Source of the DNA: Utricularia gibba
Lineage: Eukaryota > Plantae > Magnoliophyta
Length of the DNA stretch: 64,000 bases
NCBI GenBank assembly: GCA_002189035.1
Contig: NEEC01000004.1
Span: forward strand, 3,472,001 to 3,536,000
Direction: 5' to 3'
In this document: positions 62,401 to 64,000 of the stretch, in pieces
How the letters are laid out: each line of letters opens with the position of its first letter
How positions within the stretch are numbered: the first letter of the stretch is position 1
Translations under genes and position numbers: made by a program
Notes under the pieces: model-generated
Told to the model about the DNA's origin: nothing
The model's database searches: none
What the model saw: the letters and a program-made list of their open reading frames with translations, nothing else

Positions 62401-64000
62401 TTTGCACAATATCCTATACTTGATGATTTTTTCAATGAATTTACAAATTTGTTATATATATTCGAGGGCAACAATCATACTCATAATACCAAATGTTACT
62501 TATGCGGATGTAGATGATTAATTTCCGAATGAACCGCTATTAGAAAAAGATGAACAATATTTTCTATTATTAGATAAAGATAATACAGAGATTGAATATT
62601 GTTTTAATTATGTCAATTACTCATGCTCTCAAATTAACTATTATCATGGAAATCATCAAGAACTAAAAGTTGGAATGTATTTCATGTAGAGGCAGTAAGT
62701 CACCAACACTATAATGCACTAGAATATCATAATTGATCAAAAGTAATATTATATGATGTATTGATAAACAAAAACTTTAGCAATTTTGTTTAAATTGTAA
62801 ATTTACATATCAAATAAATTTATATCTTAATTCACAATAAATCATATGATGATCGGTTGAACACAAGAAGGTATGTGCTTGTTGTGCAAAGGTTGATGCA
62901 TATTTTTTTTTTCTCACAGTTTAGAAATTTAGTCAAAGATAAGAATAAGGTAATTCGACGATAACATGTAAAAAAACAGTAAACAAGTAAAAGTAAGTAT
63001 TTATCTAAAATTAATCAAGATGATATCCTGTGACTTCTAGCTCTATTCAAACTCTTGTTTTTTTTATAATTTTTTATCTACCTCTAATTATGATTGTTTA
63101 ACTGTGTGTCATTACCTCTATCCTAGTTTGTTAAAGAATTGATGTAATTTATGACTAACAAGATTAAAATGATGACTTGTACATTAGCCTTTTTGGTATC
63201 AAATTACACCTAATTGTTTAACTATTTATACTAATAGTAAATAAAACACTTCCATAATATAATATGAAAATTATTTTTATTCCACAACTTAATAGCAAAA
63301 AAAGAAATAATAAAATAAGTAGTAATTGAAATCGTAAAAAGTTATGCAAAAAAACTAAAATTATTTGAGGGTGAAACACATAAAGTTTTCACGTTGATTT
63401 TGTTGATTTTATGATCGATTTATTATTTGGTATCAATTATAAATAATAGTTATTTTTGAAAATTAATTCAATACTTCTAGAATAAATTGTATTCTATTAT
63501 AATTATTTTTAATTTTCAAACTATACTCAATTAGATTTTATATGAAACCATTTTTTTGAATCAATATAATTGTATAGAGGATATTTTTATGAAAATTAAT
63601 TCTAAAATTAAATTTATAATTATACTTATTTTTATTATTAATTTTAATTCATATTATTGCAAATTTTTGAAAATATTTAGCTTTTTAATTTATAATTTCA
63701 ATATAGATCTATTTAAATTAAAATAATAGCATAAAATATAAAATATAAACTTATAATATAATTATTTATACAAATATATTTATTAATTTATAGATTTAAA
63801 AAATATAAATATGAATAAGTATTGATATCTATGCTATTTACTTATAAAATTTATTTATTCAGTTCTATAATATTCACTATTTTAATTATATAATTATCAA
63901 TTTTATAATAGGCATTTCATATATTTTTTGCTGCCCTGGTGTAAAAATCATATACAATAATTCCATAAAAGAGGTCAATAATTCTGTATTTTTTACTATC

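Noticed and set aside
62400-64000. hAT-type MITE end (TTTTGCTGCCCTGGTGTAAAAATC near 63927)
   Set aside because: No partner TIR or TSD visible; the region is too AT-rich and degenerate.
1-64000. Operon-like functional cluster of TSO2, BABAM1, VIP5, ZIP4 and MED9; endogenous virus or organellar insert
   Set aside because: The genes are unrelated housekeeping families with no shared motif seen. No caulimovirus, geminivirus, plastid or mitochondrial signatures were recognised.

Overview
Plant (eudicot-like) nuclear DNA. It holds five apparently intact protein-coding genes in a matrix of nested, decayed transposons. The genes are an intronless ribonucleotide reductase small subunit (TSO2-type, 859-1848 +), a 3-exon BABAM1/MERIT40-like gene (27717-29238 -), and a tight minus-strand trio: RTF1/VIP5 (49609-51459), a ZIP4/IRT3-type zinc transporter with ZDRE-like promoter motifs (52768-55130) and MED9 (56787-58103). 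Between TSO2 and BABAM1 lies a ~24-kb nest whose insertion order can be read from target-site duplications: hAT relic > Copia > 15-kb MULE with ~800-bp TIRs > Athila-like solo LTRs. A second nest at 40-49 kb is chromovirus relic > Athila-like > Reina chromovirus. The most unusual observation is the MULE architecture: a mudrA relic, two outward-pointing Transposase_28-like accessory ORFs, and arrays of ~27-nt palindromes at ~39-bp period upstream of those ORFs. Similar arrays lie beside other MULE relics in the window. This recalls, but is not shown to be, the VANDAL/VANC accessory-protein plus tandem-motif arrangement. I found no CRISPR, RNA genes, organellar insertions or endogenous virus. 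All alignments were done by eye; family assignments need HMM/BLAST confirmation.
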